Assembly (NCBI GenBank): GCA_017466725.1
Contig: JAFTTP010000002.1
Location: forward strand, 67,492-131,491
DNA: 64,000 bases
From: Clostridia bacterium
GTDB lineage: Bacteria; Bacillota; Clostridia; Christensenellales; UBA1242
Direction: 5' to 3'
Below are positions 1 to 10,097 of the stretch, piece after piece; the first letter of the stretch is position 1; every line of letters starts with the position of its first letter. The notes under the pieces were generated by a model. The model did not search any database. It was not told where the DNA came from and saw only the letters and a list, made by a program, of their open reading frames with translations. Made by a program: the position numbers and the translations under genes.

Positions 1-1109
1 TAGAGAAAAAAATTAAAAAGGAAGACTTGATTAAAACTATTGAAAACGCACTTACTGCAGCATACAAAAAGATGTATGGCGAGGCAAAATCTTCAAGAGT
101 TAAATTAAACCCAGAAAAAGCAACAATCAAAACATATTCTTATAAAACTGTTGTAAGCGAAGTGCTTGACCCAGATAAAGAAATTTCTCTTGCAGATGCA
201 AAACTCATCAAAAAATCTTATAAACTTGGCGACGAGGTAATGAGCGAAGAATCTACAAAAGATTTTGGAAGAATTGCAGCACAAACAGCAAAACAAGTTG
301 TAATTCAAAAACTTAAAGAGATGGAAAGAGAGATGGCATTGTCAGAGCTTTCTGAGAAGGAAGACGAACTTATGACAACCATTGTAAAAAGAATTGATAA
401 TGGCACTGTTTACGTTCAACTTTCAAACACTAATACTGAAGGTGTTATGCTGCCATCAGACCAAATCCCAGGCGAAAAGTTTAACGTGGGCGACCGCATA
501 AAAGTTTATGTAAAAAGAATTAAAGATTCTTTCAAAGGCACTCAAATTCAAGTTACAAGAAGCAACATCGGATTTGTAAGAAAACTTTTCGAACTTGAAA
601 TTCCAGAAATCGCAAACGGCGAAGTAACAATTAAAAACATCTCTCGTGACGCTGGAAACAGAACAAAAGTTGCCCTTGCAACAGACAAACAAAATATTGA
701 TGTAATTGGTACATGCGTAGGTTTCCATGGCCAAAGAATTGACACAATCACATCAGAACTTAATGGCGAAAAGATTGACTTGATTGAATATAGTGAAGAC
801 CCACTTGAATACATTGCAAAATCCCTTAGTCCTGCAAAAGTAATCAGTGTTGAAATCAACGAAAGTTTACATTCTTCAAGAGTAATTGTCCCAGACGACA
901 AACTTTCGCTTGCAATTGGTAAGAGTGGTCAAAATGTTCGTCTTGCTGCTAGACTTACTGGTTGGAAAATCGAGGTTAAACCTGAAAGCTCTGTGTCAGC
1001 ACCAGAAGTTAAAGAACCTGAATATGAACTTACAGACCTTAACTATGATGACGCTTTCAGTGGTCTTACTGTACTTGAAGAAATTACACCTATTGATGAC
1101 GAAGAATAA
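1..1109 (+). CDS. nusA: Transcription termination/antitermination factor NusA, 5'-truncated by window edge
   Basis: The frame of ORF 27..1109 stays open back to base 3 (EKKIKKEDLIKTIENALTAAYKK aligns about 25 aa into NusA). S1 then two KH domains (SLAIGKSGQNVRLAARLTGWKI). Followed by ylxR, an L7Ae-like gene and infB. Confidence 0.93.
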   Translation, partial: EKKIKKEDLIKTIENALTAAYKKMYGEAKSSRVKLNPEKATIKTYSYKTVVSEVLDPDKEISLADAKLIKKSYKLGDEVMSEESTKDFGRIAAQTAKQVVIQKLKEMEREMALSELSEKEDELMTTIVKRIDNGTVYVQLSNTNTEGVMLPSDQIPGEKFNVGDRIKVYVKRIKDSFKGTQIQVTRSNIGFVRKLFELEIPEIANGEVTIKNISRDAGNRTKVALATDKQNIDVIGTCVGFHGQRIDTITSELNGEKIDLIEYSEDPLEYIAKSLSPAKVISVEINESLHSSRVIVPDDKLSLAIGKSGQNVRLAARLTGWKIEVKPESSVSAPEVKEPEYELTDLNYDDAFSGLTVLEEITPIDDEE

Positions 1110-1123
1110 AATCGAGGCGTATT

Positions 1124-1387
1124 ATGGAAAAACTCCGTATGTGCATTGCTTGCAGAGAAATGCAAGATAAAAGAACTCTACTTAGAGTAGTCAAAGATAA
1201 AGAAAACAATATATCAATTGATGATACAGGCAAGAAAAATGGCCGTGGAGCATATATATGCAAAAATGAGGTATGTTTGAAAAAATGTATCAAACAAAAA
1301 TCATTTAATAAGGCCTTTAAAACAAACGTAAGCGATGACGTTTATAAATCAATTGAGGAGGCTATTGTTGGACAAAGAAAAAATTAA
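1124..1387 (+). CDS. ylxR: YlxR/DUF448 family RNA-binding protein
   Basis: 87 aa with the MCIACRE...LLRVV...GRGAYIC signature. Canonical position between nusA and infB. Confidence 0.85.
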   Translation: MEKLRMCIACREMQDKRTLLRVVKDKENNISIDDTGKKNGRGAYICKNEVCLKKCIKQKSFNKAFKTNVSDDVYKSIEEAIVGQRKN

Positions 1388-1655
1388 AGGATATTTAAAT
1401 ATATCTCGAAAAGCTGGATATCTTATAGTGGGCGGCGAAACGCTTGATGACTATAAAAAAAAATTGTTTCTTGTTTTATATGATGAAACGGCAGGAAACA
1501 ACACTATGAAAATTGCAACAAAGCTTAAAGACAGAGGGCTGAAAACAATTGCAGTAAGCAATCTTGGAGAGTTATGTTTAATTTCTACTTGCAAAATTGT
1601 TGGAATTAAAAACAAAAATATCAGTGAAATTATTGAATCGTTAATCAACGAATAA
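1365..1655 (+). CDS. L7Ae/YlxQ-family ribosomal-protein-like RNA-binding protein
   Basis: ORF 1335..1655. GAGGAG at 1355-1360 favours a TTG start at 1365/1368. Sequence KAGYLIVGGETLDD, and conserved position upstream of infB. Confidence 0.7.
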   Translation: MLDKEKIKGYLNISRKAGYLIVGGETLDDYKKKLFLVLYDETAGNNTMKIATKLKDRGLKTIAVSNLGELCLISTCKIVGIKNKNISEIIESLINE

Positions 1656-1666
1656 AGGAGTCTATA

Positions 1667-4198
1667 TTGGCAAATCAATCATTACAAAATTTAAAAAGAA
1701 TTCACGAACTTCAACGAGAAGGGGAGATTTCTAGACTTTTGCAAAACCTTAAAAACTCTAAGGTGAGCGTTGAGGATCTTGGCAAAAACATTTCAAAGAG
1801 ATTGAAAGAAATTGACTTTGAGATTGCTCAAAAGGAGGCTGCTAAGAAATTGCAAGAGGAGCAAGCAGCACAAGAGGCTGCCAAAAACGAAATAGTGGAA
1901 GAGAAAAAACCTACCACTAATTTTGTTGCATCACAAAACAACAATACGTTTAGAAAGTTTAATAACGAGCAAAGACCTATGCGTAATGATGGCCAAAACA
2001 GAGGACCAAGATTTGACGGTAACCGCAATTTTGATAATCGTAACGGCGACCGAAATAATAGACCAAATAATAATTTCAACAGAGATAGATTACCAAACAA
2101 TAATAGACCAAACTTTAACACTCGTCCAAACGATCCACGAGCACCACACAAGTTTGGAAACAACAATTTTGTACAATCAAAAGCAAACAAATTTAAATCG
2201 TTTGCAAGCAACGATGTAATTGAAATTGATGTTAAAAATGACAGAAATTATGAGACAAAGGCTCGTAATACTCAAAAGCATAATACATCATATGACGAAA
2301 AGAAGTCTCAGAACAAACGTAGAGACGATCAAAGACGCAACAATGTGTTTATTGAGGATGAAAACGGGTTTGAAGAAATTTCTTTTGGTTCTAAAAAGAG
2401 CGTAAAGAAAAAGAAAGAACTTTCAGAAAAGCAAATTACAAGCATAACACATGCAGTTATCACAGCAAAAGAAATTACGGTAAAAGATTTCAGCGAAAAG
2501 ATTGGCAAACCTGTTACTGAAATTGTTAAAAAGTTGATGCTTTTAGGTATCATGGCAACAATCAACTCAAACATTGACTATGATACTGCAGAACTTGTTG
2601 CAAGCGATTTTGGTATTACTTTAGAATTAAAACAAGATAAGTCTTATGAAGAAAAAATGATTGAATCTGCTGAACAAGTGGATGATGAAAGTGCTTTGGT
2701 TAAGAGGGCGCCAATCGTTGCTGTTATGGGACACGTTGACCATGGCAAGACATCACTTCTTGATGCATTTAGAAAAACAAATGTTGTTTTGGGTGAAGCC
2801 GGCGGTATTACTCAAAGCATTGGTGCATATCAAATTGAATTCAATGGCGAGAAAATTACTTTCATTGATACACCTGGACACGCAGCATTTACTCAAATGC
2901 GTGCTAGAGGCGCAAAGGCAACAGATATTGCAATTTTAGTTGTTGCTGCAGACGATGGTGTTATGCCTCAAACAATTGAAGCAATCAACCATATTAAAGC
3001 TGCTCAGGTGCCTATTATTGTGGCAATTAATAAAATGGATAAGCCAGAGGCAAATCCAGATAGAATTAAGCAGCAACTTGCTGAACACAACATTCTCCCT
3101 GAAGAGTGGGGTGGTGACGCTATTTGCGTTCCAATTTCAGCAAAGACAGGCATGGGACTTGACGACCTCAAACAAACCATTTTACTTGTCAGTGAAATGA
3201 GCGAGCTTAAAGCAAATCCAAATAAAATGGCAACAGCAGTTGTTATTGAGGCAGAACTTGACAAAAATAGAGGTCCCGTTGCATCAGTTATTGTTCAAAA
3301 TGGTACTCTTCATGTTGGCGATTCCATCATGTCAGGTATTACCTATGGTAAGGTTAGGGCAATGTTCAATGATCAAGGCAAGCCTATCAAATCTGCACCT
3401 CCTTCAACGCCAGTTGAAATTTTAGGATTCAACGAAGTTCCAGTTTCTGGTGATGAGGTTTATGCTGTTGAAGAAACGCTTTCTAAGCAGGTAATTCAAG
3501 AAAGAATTGATCGCATAAAGAAAGAACGTGCAGCACAATCTTCTGGAGTAACCTTAGACAACTTTATGAACAGAGTACAAGAAGGCACACTTAAAAACCT
3601 TAATGTAATTGTTAAGACAGATACAATGGGCTCTGTAGAGGCGCTTAAATCAACACTGCTTGCAATTAGAAATGAGGAGGCAAAAGTAAATATTGTTCAC
3701 TCGGGCGCTGGCGCTGTTACTGAGAGTGATGTAATCCTTGCACAAACTACTGGCTCAGTAATTATTTGCTTTAATCAAAAACCAGTTGCCAAGGCAAAGA
3801 CATTGGCAGAAAACCTTAAAATTGAAATCAAAGAATATAAAATCATCTATGAAATCGTTGACGATATTACGGCAGTTATCAATGGCATGCTCAGTATTAA
3901 ATATGAAGAAGTATATATTGGAAGTGCTGAAATTAGAGTTGTATTTAAACTTTCAACTGCAGGAAAAATTGCAGGAAGTTATGTAAAAGACGGTAAAGTT
4001 ACAAGAAATGCTATTGCCGTAGTAAAACGTGGCAACGAGGAGATTGGCAGAACAACAGTTGAATCTCTTAAAATCGTTAAGGATGAAAAAGCCGAAGTTG
4101 CAAAAGGTTATGAATGCGGCGTAAAACTTAAAGATAATATAGACTTTAAAGAAGAGGATATTATCGAATTCTATTCAAAGGTTGCAATTAAACGATAA
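1667..4198 (+). CDS. infB: Translation initiation factor IF-2
   Basis: 843 aa with a TTG start after GGAG. G-domain motifs VMGHVDHGKTSLLD, DTPGH, NKMD. N-terminal low-complexity region. Confidence 0.97.
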   Translation: MANQSLQNLKRIHELQREGEISRLLQNLKNSKVSVEDLGKNISKRLKEIDFEIAQKEAAKKLQEEQAAQEAAKNEIVEEKKPTTNFVASQNNNTFRKFNNEQRPMRNDGQNRGPRFDGNRNFDNRNGDRNNRPNNNFNRDRLPNNNRPNFNTRPNDPRAPHKFGNNNFVQSKANKFKSFASNDVIEIDVKNDRNYETKARNTQKHNTSYDEKKSQNKRRDDQRRNNVFIEDENGFEEISFGSKKSVKKKKELSEKQITSITHAVITAKEITVKDFSEKIGKPVTEIVKKLMLLGIMATINSNIDYDTAELVASDFGITLELKQDKSYEEKMIESAEQVDDESALVKRAPIVAVMGHVDHGKTSLLDAFRKTNVVLGEAGGITQSIGAYQIEFNGEKITFIDTPGHAAFTQMRARGAKATDIAILVVAADDGVMPQTIEAINHIKAAQVPIIVAINKMDKPEANPDRIKQQLAEHNILPEEWGGDAICVPISAKTGMGLDDLKQTILLVSEMSELKANPNKMATAVVIEAELDKNRGPVASVIVQNGTLHVGDSIMSGITYGKVRAMFNDQGKPIKSAPPSTPVEILGFNEVPVSGDEVYAVEETLSKQVIQERIDRIKKERAAQSSGVTLDNFMNRVQEGTLKNLNVIVKTDTMGSVEALKSTLLAIRNEEAKVNIVHSGAGAVTESDVILAQTTGSVIICFNQKPVAKAKTLAENLKIEIKEYKIIYEIVDDITAVINGMLSIKYEEVYIGSAEIRVVFKLSTAGKIAGSYVKDGKVTRNAIAVVKRGNEEIGRTTVESLKIVKDEKAEVAKGYECGVKLKDNIDFKEEDIIEFYSKVAIKR

Positions 4199-4215
4199 AA
4201 ACAATTAAATATATT

Positions 4216-4243
4216 TTGAAAAATTGATTTAATCGGTTATAAT
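4216..4243 (+). promoter_or_regulatory. Candidate sigma-A promoter upstream of rbfA
   Basis: TTGAAA (4216-4221), 16-nt spacer, TATAAT (4238-4243). Confidence 0.45.
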
Positions 4244-4288
4244 ATAATTGGACTTAAGCAGTCTAATAAAATTATAGGAGAAACGATT

Positions 4289-4660
4289 ATGTCAGTTAGA
4301 TTCGAGAGGGCAAACAGCGAGATACAAAGATGTATTTCAGACATCATTCTAAACAAAATGAATGATCCGCGTATAAGCCCTCTTTTATATATCAGCGAAG
4401 TTAATGTAACACCAGATTTTCGCTATTGCAAAGTCAAGGTAGCACTTGATAATGAGGATGAAACTCAACTTGAAACAATCATTAAAGTACTTGAAAAGTC
4501 AGAGGGTTTTATAAAAAGAGAACTGGCAAATATGGTAAGAATGCCATACATGCCAAAGTTGCAGTTTGTTGTTGATAAAGGTACAATGGCAACTGTACGC
4601 ATCAACGAAATTCTTAAAAATTTAAATATTCCAAAAGAAGACGGTGAGGATGATGAATAG
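4289..4660 (+). CDS. rbfA: Ribosome-binding factor A
   Basis: 123 aa starting MSVRFERANSEIQRCISDII..DPRI. Follows infB. Confidence 0.9.
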   Translation: MSVRFERANSEIQRCISDIILNKMNDPRISPLLYISEVNVTPDFRYCKVKVALDNEDETQLETIIKVLEKSEGFIKRELANMVRMPYMPKLQFVVDKGTMATVRINEILKNLNIPKEDGEDDE

Positions 4661-5606
4661 TTTAAAAGATCTTTCAAAAGTACTAAAGAAATCTAAAAAG
4701 GTTGCTTTATTTACACATATAAATCCAGATTCAGACGCGCTTGGATCTGTTTTTGCCTTATATTATGCGCTGAAAACAATGGGCAAAGATGCTGAAATTT
4801 TTGTTAAGGGTGACATATCTGACGTGCAAAAGCGCTTAATAGATGCCAAAGTCATCAATAGCGGTGAATGTAATATAAACTTGTTTGATACATACATGTG
4901 TTGTGACGTGTCTGACCTTAAAAGATTGGGTGACTATGCAGATGTGTTCAATTTAAAAAATAATACAATTGTGCTTGATCACCACATTGCAACACAACTA
5001 ATTGGAAAATACAATCATATAGACGCAAGCATAAGTTCTTGCACGGAACTTGTATATGACCTATTAAAATTGATGAAAACACATTTTAATAGTAAAATTT
5101 TAACGTGTATTTATATGGGCTTAACTTCTGATACAAACTCGTTTATAAACTCAAACACAAACGAGCATTCGTTTAAGGTTGCATATGAAATTGCCAAATT
5201 TGGCCTCGATTTGACCGCTATTAATGAAATTATGTATAAATCAGTAAGCAAGAAGGAAGTAGCCTTTAAACAATATTTATGGACAAATTATAAGCTTGAT
5301 AAAGACATTGCCTATGTGCTTATGGATTATAAAACATTACAAAGCCTCAGCGGTAATTCAACCGATTGCTCTGGTTTTAGCTCTAAGCTGTTGACACTGG
5401 ATAACGTAAACTATTCGTTTAGCATAATAGAGAAAGAACCTGGTGTACTGTCTATTTCAATGCGCTCTAGGGCGGGTTACAACGTACGTAGCGCGGCTGA
5501 AAAACTTGGCGGTGGTGGACACTCATGCGCTGCCGGTGCAAAGGCACAAGGCACAACGCTTAGCAAACTCAAGAAAGTAGTAATTGATGCTATCCGTAAC
5601 AAATAA
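4644..5606 (+). CDS. nrnA: DHH/DHHA1 phosphoesterase (NrnA-like bifunctional oligoribonuclease/pAp phosphatase)
   Basis: DHH motif (VLDHHIA) and DHHA1 motif GGGGHSCAAG. The start is ambiguous (GTG 4644, ATG 4650 or ATG 4653). Confidence 0.75.
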   Translation: MRMMNSLKDLSKVLKKSKKVALFTHINPDSDALGSVFALYYALKTMGKDAEIFVKGDISDVQKRLIDAKVINSGECNINLFDTYMCCDVSDLKRLGDYADVFNLKNNTIVLDHHIATQLIGKYNHIDASISSCTELVYDLLKLMKTHFNSKILTCIYMGLTSDTNSFINSNTNEHSFKVAYEIAKFGLDLTAINEIMYKSVSKKEVAFKQYLWTNYKLDKDIAYVLMDYKTLQSLSGNSTDCSGFSSKLLTLDNVNYSFSIIEKEPGVLSISMRSRAGYNVRSAAEKLGGGGHSCAAGAKAQGTTLSKLKKVVIDAIRNK

Positions 5607-5615
5607 GGAGCGTTT

Positions 5616-6485
5616 ATGGCGTTAAATGGGGTAATTCTTGTAAATAAAGAGAGAAATATTTCTTCAAATAAACTAGTAAATAAAGTAAAGTATATTTTAC
5701 ACGCAGATAAAGCAGGCCATTTAGGCACATTAGACGTTTTAGGCGAGGGGTTATTGCCAATTACGCTTGGAAAAGGTACACGTTTATTTGATTACTACTT
5801 AAACAAAGATAAAGTTTATAAAACAGTTTTTAAATTTGGCGAAACAACGGATACACTTGATCTTGAAGGCGAAATTACAAAACAAAATGATGTTATCGTC
5901 ACAATGCAACAGCTTGTTAAAGTTGCTGAAAAAATGCAAGGGAAACAGTCACAAATGCCACCGTTATACTCAGCAAAGAAGGTGAATGGACAAAAAGCTT
6001 ACGATCTAGCAAGGGCAGGACAAACAATTGAACTTAAGCCTAAAGAGATTGAGATATATTCAATTAAGGTATTGCAAGAAATTGCTGAAAACACTTTTGA
6101 ACTTGAAGTACACTGTTCAAGCGGCACATATATACGCTCGCTATGTAGAGACTTGGCTGAAAATATGTCAACATATGGTGTTATGCTAAGCATACAACGC
6201 ACTAAATGTGGCGATTTTTATTTAAAAGACGCATATTCATTAGAAGATGTAACAAATGGTAAATACAGCATTATAAAGTTAGAGACTTTATTTGATTATG
6301 CTTGCATAAAATTAGACGAAAAACAAGAGGCAAAACTTCTAAATGGAGTAGAATTACCTGTGCAATCGCTAAGTTTGCCTAGCAACTTAAAAGATGATAA
6401 GGTAAAAGTATTTGGCAAAGACGACTTTTTAGGCGTGGGACACATTGAGAAGGACAGGCTAAAACTGTCATTAAGACTTATATAA
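5616..6485 (+). CDS. truB: tRNA pseudouridine(55) synthase TruB
   Basis: GHLGTLD catalytic-Asp motif. Conserved position after rbfA/nrnA. Confidence 0.92.
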   Translation: MALNGVILVNKERNISSNKLVNKVKYILHADKAGHLGTLDVLGEGLLPITLGKGTRLFDYYLNKDKVYKTVFKFGETTDTLDLEGEITKQNDVIVTMQQLVKVAEKMQGKQSQMPPLYSAKKVNGQKAYDLARAGQTIELKPKEIEIYSIKVLQEIAENTFELEVHCSSGTYIRSLCRDLAENMSTYGVMLSIQRTKCGDFYLKDAYSLEDVTNGKYSIIKLETLFDYACIKLDEKQEAKLLNGVELPVQSLSLPSNLKDDKVKVFGKDDFLGVGHIEKDRLKLSLRLI

Positions 6486-6494
6486 GGAGAAAAC

Positions 6495-7352
6495 ATGGTA
6501 TTATTTGGGCCGTCGGGATGCGGGGACGAATTCATAGAAGAAGGTCATAAAGGGATTTTGGAAGTACCACAATGGATAAAATCTAAAGGACTTGATGCTT
6601 ACGAGTACTCATTTGGGCATGGATATCAAATGAGCAGCGAAAAAGCGCAAGAGGCTGGCATTAAATTTAAAGAATTTGATGTAAAGTTATCGCTGCATGC
6701 ACCTTTTTATATTAATTTTGCAAACCCTGATGATGAAATGTATCAAAAAACACAAGGATACATCTACACGGGCATTAAGTTTTTACGTGCTTTCAACGCA
6801 GATAGACTTGTTTTCCATCCAGCCTCTTGCGGTAAATTAACAAGGGAAGAGGCTTTAGCCCTGACAGCAAACAGATTTAGTGAAACTTTTGATAAAATGG
6901 AAGAGGAAGGATTGCTTGATGGGTTGCTGCTTTGCCCAGAAACTATGGGAAAAACCATGCAAATTGGCACATATCAAGAGGTTGTTGACCTTTGCAAATT
7001 AAACAAACATCTTGTGCCAACTTTTGACTTCGGGCATATTAATTCTTTAGAAGGTGGCACGCTTAAATCTAAAGATGATTATAAACGCATATTAGATTAT
7101 TCGCTTGAAAACATTGGTTTTGAAAAAACAAACAACTGCCATATACATTTTTCAAAAATTCAGTATGGTGCAAAAGGCGAAATTAAGCACCTTAATTATG
7201 ATGATACAATGTATGGTCCAGAATTTGAGGGTTTGGCTGAAGCGCTAATAGAATATAAGCTTTCACCTAGGGTTATATGCGAATCTATGTCTATGATGCC
7301 ACATGACGCACAGATTATGAAAAAAATTTATATGAAAATACTAGACAAATAA
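6495..7352 (+). CDS. Xylose-isomerase-like TIM-barrel protein (AP endonuclease family 2 / Nfo-like)
   Basis: 285 aa. The LSLHAPFYINFANPD segment resembles the HAPY(L/I)IN motif of endonuclease IV-type proteins. Confidence 0.55.
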   Translation: MVLFGPSGCGDEFIEEGHKGILEVPQWIKSKGLDAYEYSFGHGYQMSSEKAQEAGIKFKEFDVKLSLHAPFYINFANPDDEMYQKTQGYIYTGIKFLRAFNADRLVFHPASCGKLTREEALALTANRFSETFDKMEEEGLLDGLLLCPETMGKTMQIGTYQEVVDLCKLNKHLVPTFDFGHINSLEGGTLKSKDDYKRILDYSLENIGFEKTNNCHIHFSKIQYGAKGEIKHLNYDDTMYGPEFEGLAEALIEYKLSPRVICESMSMMPHDAQIMKKIYMKILDK

Positions 7353-7407
7353 AACAAATTATGTTATTATAGTAGGGCAAATAATATAGATAAAAAAGGA
7401 GATTATT

Positions 7408-7968
7408 ATGATTTTTGCAGGAGATTTTAGAAAAGGCACAACTTTTGAATGGGATGGCGTAGTTTACTCTGTAGTAGATTTCCTCCACGTAAAACCAGGA
7501 AAAGGTTCACCATTTGTTAGAGCAAAACTTAAAAATGTTATGACAGGTCAAGTAAAAGAAACAACTTTCAACCCATCAGATAAATTCCAAGTTGCTGTAA
7601 TTGAAAAGAAAGAAATGACTTATCTTTACAACGACGGTGAAATTTATTACTTTATGGATGCAGAAACTTACGACCAAATCCCTCTTAACAAAGAAAGCGT
7701 TGAAGATTGCTTAAACTTTGTTAAAGAAAACGAAAACTGCACAATGTATTTCTATAAAGGAAATCCTTTCTCAGTTTATGCACCAAACTTTGTAGAACTT
7801 GAAGTTGTAGATTGTGAACCTGGAATTCAAGGTGACACATCAAAATCTACCAACAAGCCAGCAAAGGTTGAAACTGGATATGTACTTCCTGTACCACTTT
7901 TTATCAATATCGGTGACAAAATCAGAATTGATACTCGTGACGGAAGTTATATGGAAAGAATTAAATAA
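7408..7968 (+). CDS. efp: Elongation factor P
   Basis: 186 aa with the [16 protein letters not shown] loop. Strong AAGGAG SD. Confidence 0.96.
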   Translation: MIFAGDFRKGTTFEWDGVVYSVVDFLHVKPGKGSPFVRAKLKNVMTGQVKETTFNPSDKFQVAVIEKKEMTYLYNDGEIYYFMDAETYDQIPLNKESVEDCLNFVKENENCTMYFYKGNPFSVYAPNFVELEVVDCEPGIQGDTSKSTNKPAKVETGYVLPVPLFINIGDKIRIDTRDGSYMERIK

Positions 7969-7984
7969 GTTATATTTAAAAATC

Positions 7985-8008
7985 AGCACCCTTTTGGGTG
8001 CTTTTTTT
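7985..8008 (+). terminator. Intrinsic terminator after efp
   Basis: AGCACCC-TTTT-GGGTGCT stem-loop followed by a T7 run. Confidence 0.85.
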
Positions 8009-8031
8009 ACGCATTTTATTATCTTTTGACT

Positions 8032-8062
8032 ATATTTGTCGCTTTATCATTTTGCATTACAT
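8032..8062 (+). promoter_or_regulatory. Possible sigma-E-type promoter for spoIIIA operon
   Basis: ATATTT (8032-8037), 17 nt, CATTACAT (8055-8062). Loosely resembles -35 ATATT / -10 CATACA-T. Confidence 0.25.
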
Positions 8063-8091
8063 CGCATCATAGGCTAAGACAGGAGATGGAA

Positions 8092-9000
8092 ATGTTAAAA
8101 AAAATTCTGCCCAGCAATTTATACAACATAATTCAAAATAAGGTCAACTTTAATTATATAAATGAAATCCGTTTGCGAGAGGACAAGCCTATTGTTGTAT
8201 CAATTGGCGGGCAACGTATATTTCTTGGCGAAAACGGTGTAACAGGAAAACTTAAAGATGCAATTATTGCCTCCAAAATCACTATTGAAGATATCATATT
8301 TCGTGCAAGCGAGTGCTCGCTTTATTCAGTAAACGAACAAATTAAAAAAGGATTTATAATCACCAGTGGCGGCATTCGTATTGGGATTGGAGGCGATATA
8401 GTTGAAGAAAAAGGCGTCATAAAAACCATGACAAATTTTAGCAGTATAAATATAAGGCTGCCCCATGAAATTAAAAATTGCAGCTTACCGGCATTTAAAT
8501 TTTTAATAAACGAACAAATGATATATAACACTCTTGTCATTAGTCCGCCCGGGGCGGGTAAAACAACATTTTTGCGTGATTTTATTTGGCAACTATCTGA
8601 ACGCAATTATGCTTATAATGTTCTGGTGCTTGATGAGCGAGGTGAACTTGATTTAGGCACGAAAGGAGTGCTTGGCAATTTTGCCGATAAAATTTCGTTT
8701 GCCAGCAAAAAAGTGGGGTTTGAAAATGGTATTCGCTCACTTTCACCAAACCTTATTGTTACTGACGAACTTGGCACAAAAGAAGACGTAGACGCAATTA
8801 TGTATGCTGTAAATTCTGGCGTCTCGTTGCTTGCATCAGTGCATAGCGACAGCATAGAAAACTTTTGCATGAAACCTCAATTTGAACGTGTTGTAGAAAA
8901 TAGGGTGTTTCAACGATTTGTACTTCTGTCTATGAGAAACGGTCCTGGTACAATTGAAGGGGTTTACAATGAAAATTTTTCACGGTTAAGGGGGATGTAA
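8092..9000 (+). CDS. spoIIIAA: Stage III sporulation protein AA (ATPase)
   Basis: Walker A SPPGAGKTT. First gene of an eight-gene spoIIIA-ordered cluster. The ATG at 8086/8092 after AGGAG is preferred over the ORF-track start at 8026. Confidence 0.88.
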   Translation: MLKKILPSNLYNIIQNKVNFNYINEIRLREDKPIVVSIGGQRIFLGENGVTGKLKDAIIASKITIEDIIFRASECSLYSVNEQIKKGFIITSGGIRIGIGGDIVEEKGVIKTMTNFSSINIRLPHEIKNCSLPAFKFLINEQMIYNTLVISPPGAGKTTFLRDFIWQLSERNYAYNVLVLDERGELDLGTKGVLGNFADKISFASKKVGFENGIRSLSPNLIVTDELGTKEDVDAIMYAVNSGVSLLASVHSDSIENFCMKPQFERVVENRVFQRFVLLSMRNGPGTIEGVYNENFSRLRGM

Positions 9001-9001
9001 A

Positions 9002-9496
9002 ATGAAAATTTTTCTTATTGCAATTTTGTGCGGAATTTCAATTTTTATAGGCTTTCGCTTTTCAAAAAAATATCGACAAAGGCAGCAATTTTTTCAAGCC
9101 ATTGTCATGTTGTGCCAAAAATTTGATGTTGAAATGAATTATTCCAAAGAGCGCATTAAAAACATCATCACCAATCTCGATGAAAAACACAAAGGCAGAC
9201 TTTTTGGACTTGATAGCAACTTCATTTCCTTTTTAAATCAAGAGGAAGAATTAAGCAAAGAACTTTTATTTAAAAACATACAATTTTTGAAGGCCGAAGA
9301 AAAAGACCTCTTATTTATGTTTTTTAAATCTCTCGGCCGTAGCGATTTGGACAGCCAGTCTAAAGAAATTAAAAACTTTCTTTCTCGATTTGATGACATT
9401 TTACACACATGTGAAGGTGAGAACAAAAAGTATGGCTCGTTGTCTGTTAAACTCGGCTTTATTGCAAGTCTATTTGTTATAATACTGTTCTTGTAG
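9002..9496 (+). CDS. spoIIIAB: Stage III sporulation protein AB
   Basis: 164 aa with an N-terminal TM. Size and position are typical of spoIIIAB. Confidence 0.8.
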   Translation: MKIFLIAILCGISIFIGFRFSKKYRQRQQFFQAIVMLCQKFDVEMNYSKERIKNIITNLDEKHKGRLFGLDSNFISFLNQEEELSKELLFKNIQFLKAEEKDLLFMFFKSLGRSDLDSQSKEIKNFLSRFDDILHTCEGENKKYGSLSVKLGFIASLFVIILFL

Positions 9497-9500
9497 GTGG

Positions 9501-9698
9501 ATGATGGGCATTGAAATTATATTTAAAATAACCGCAATTGGACTTTTGACTGCAATTTTAGGGCAAATTTTAAAGCAGATGGGCAAAGATGAAATATCTA
9601 CTATTACAACAGTTGCAGGCTTTGTTGTGGTAATCATTATGGTGTTAAATTTAATAAGTGACCTGTATAGCACCTTTCAAACAATTTTTAATTTATAG
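9501..9698 (+). CDS. spoIIIAC: Stage III sporulation protein AC
   Basis: 65-aa two-TM protein in the third position of the operon. Confidence 0.8.
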   Translation: MMGIEIIFKITAIGLLTAILGQILKQMGKDEISTITTVAGFVVVIIMVLNLISDLYSTFQTIFNL

Positions 9699-9704
9699 AG
9701 GGTT

Positions 9705-10097
9705 ATGGAAATAATTTTAAAAATAGTAGCTATTGGCATCATAACGTGCGTTGCAACAATTTTAATAAAGCCAATTAGAAATGATTTTTCAATTTTTATT
9801 GCAATTGCCGGCGGCCTGATTATCATTTTTATGATAATCAACTATTTAACCGGAATTTTTGCCACTTTCAGTACCCTTGTTAACGCCACTGGATTAAACG
9901 GCGGAATTTATACATTTCTAATAAAGATTATTGGAATAGGGTATTTAATTGAATTCACCGCAGGAATATGCTCAGATACTGGTAATGCATCACTTGGCGA
10001 CAAGGTTTTATTAGGCGGCAAAATTGTTGTTATGGTTATGTCTCTGCCAATTGTTATTAACATTTTAAAAATTATTATGGACATTTTACCAACATGA
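9705..10097 (+). CDS. spoIIIAD: Stage III sporulation protein AD
   Basis: 130-aa polytopic membrane protein in the fourth position. Overlaps the next gene by ATGA. Confidence 0.8.
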   Translation: MEIILKIVAIGIITCVATILIKPIRNDFSIFIAIAGGLIIIFMIINYLTGIFATFSTLVNATGLNGGIYTFLIKIIGIGYLIEFTAGICSDTGNASLGDKVLLGGKIVVMVMSLPIVINILKIIMDILPT

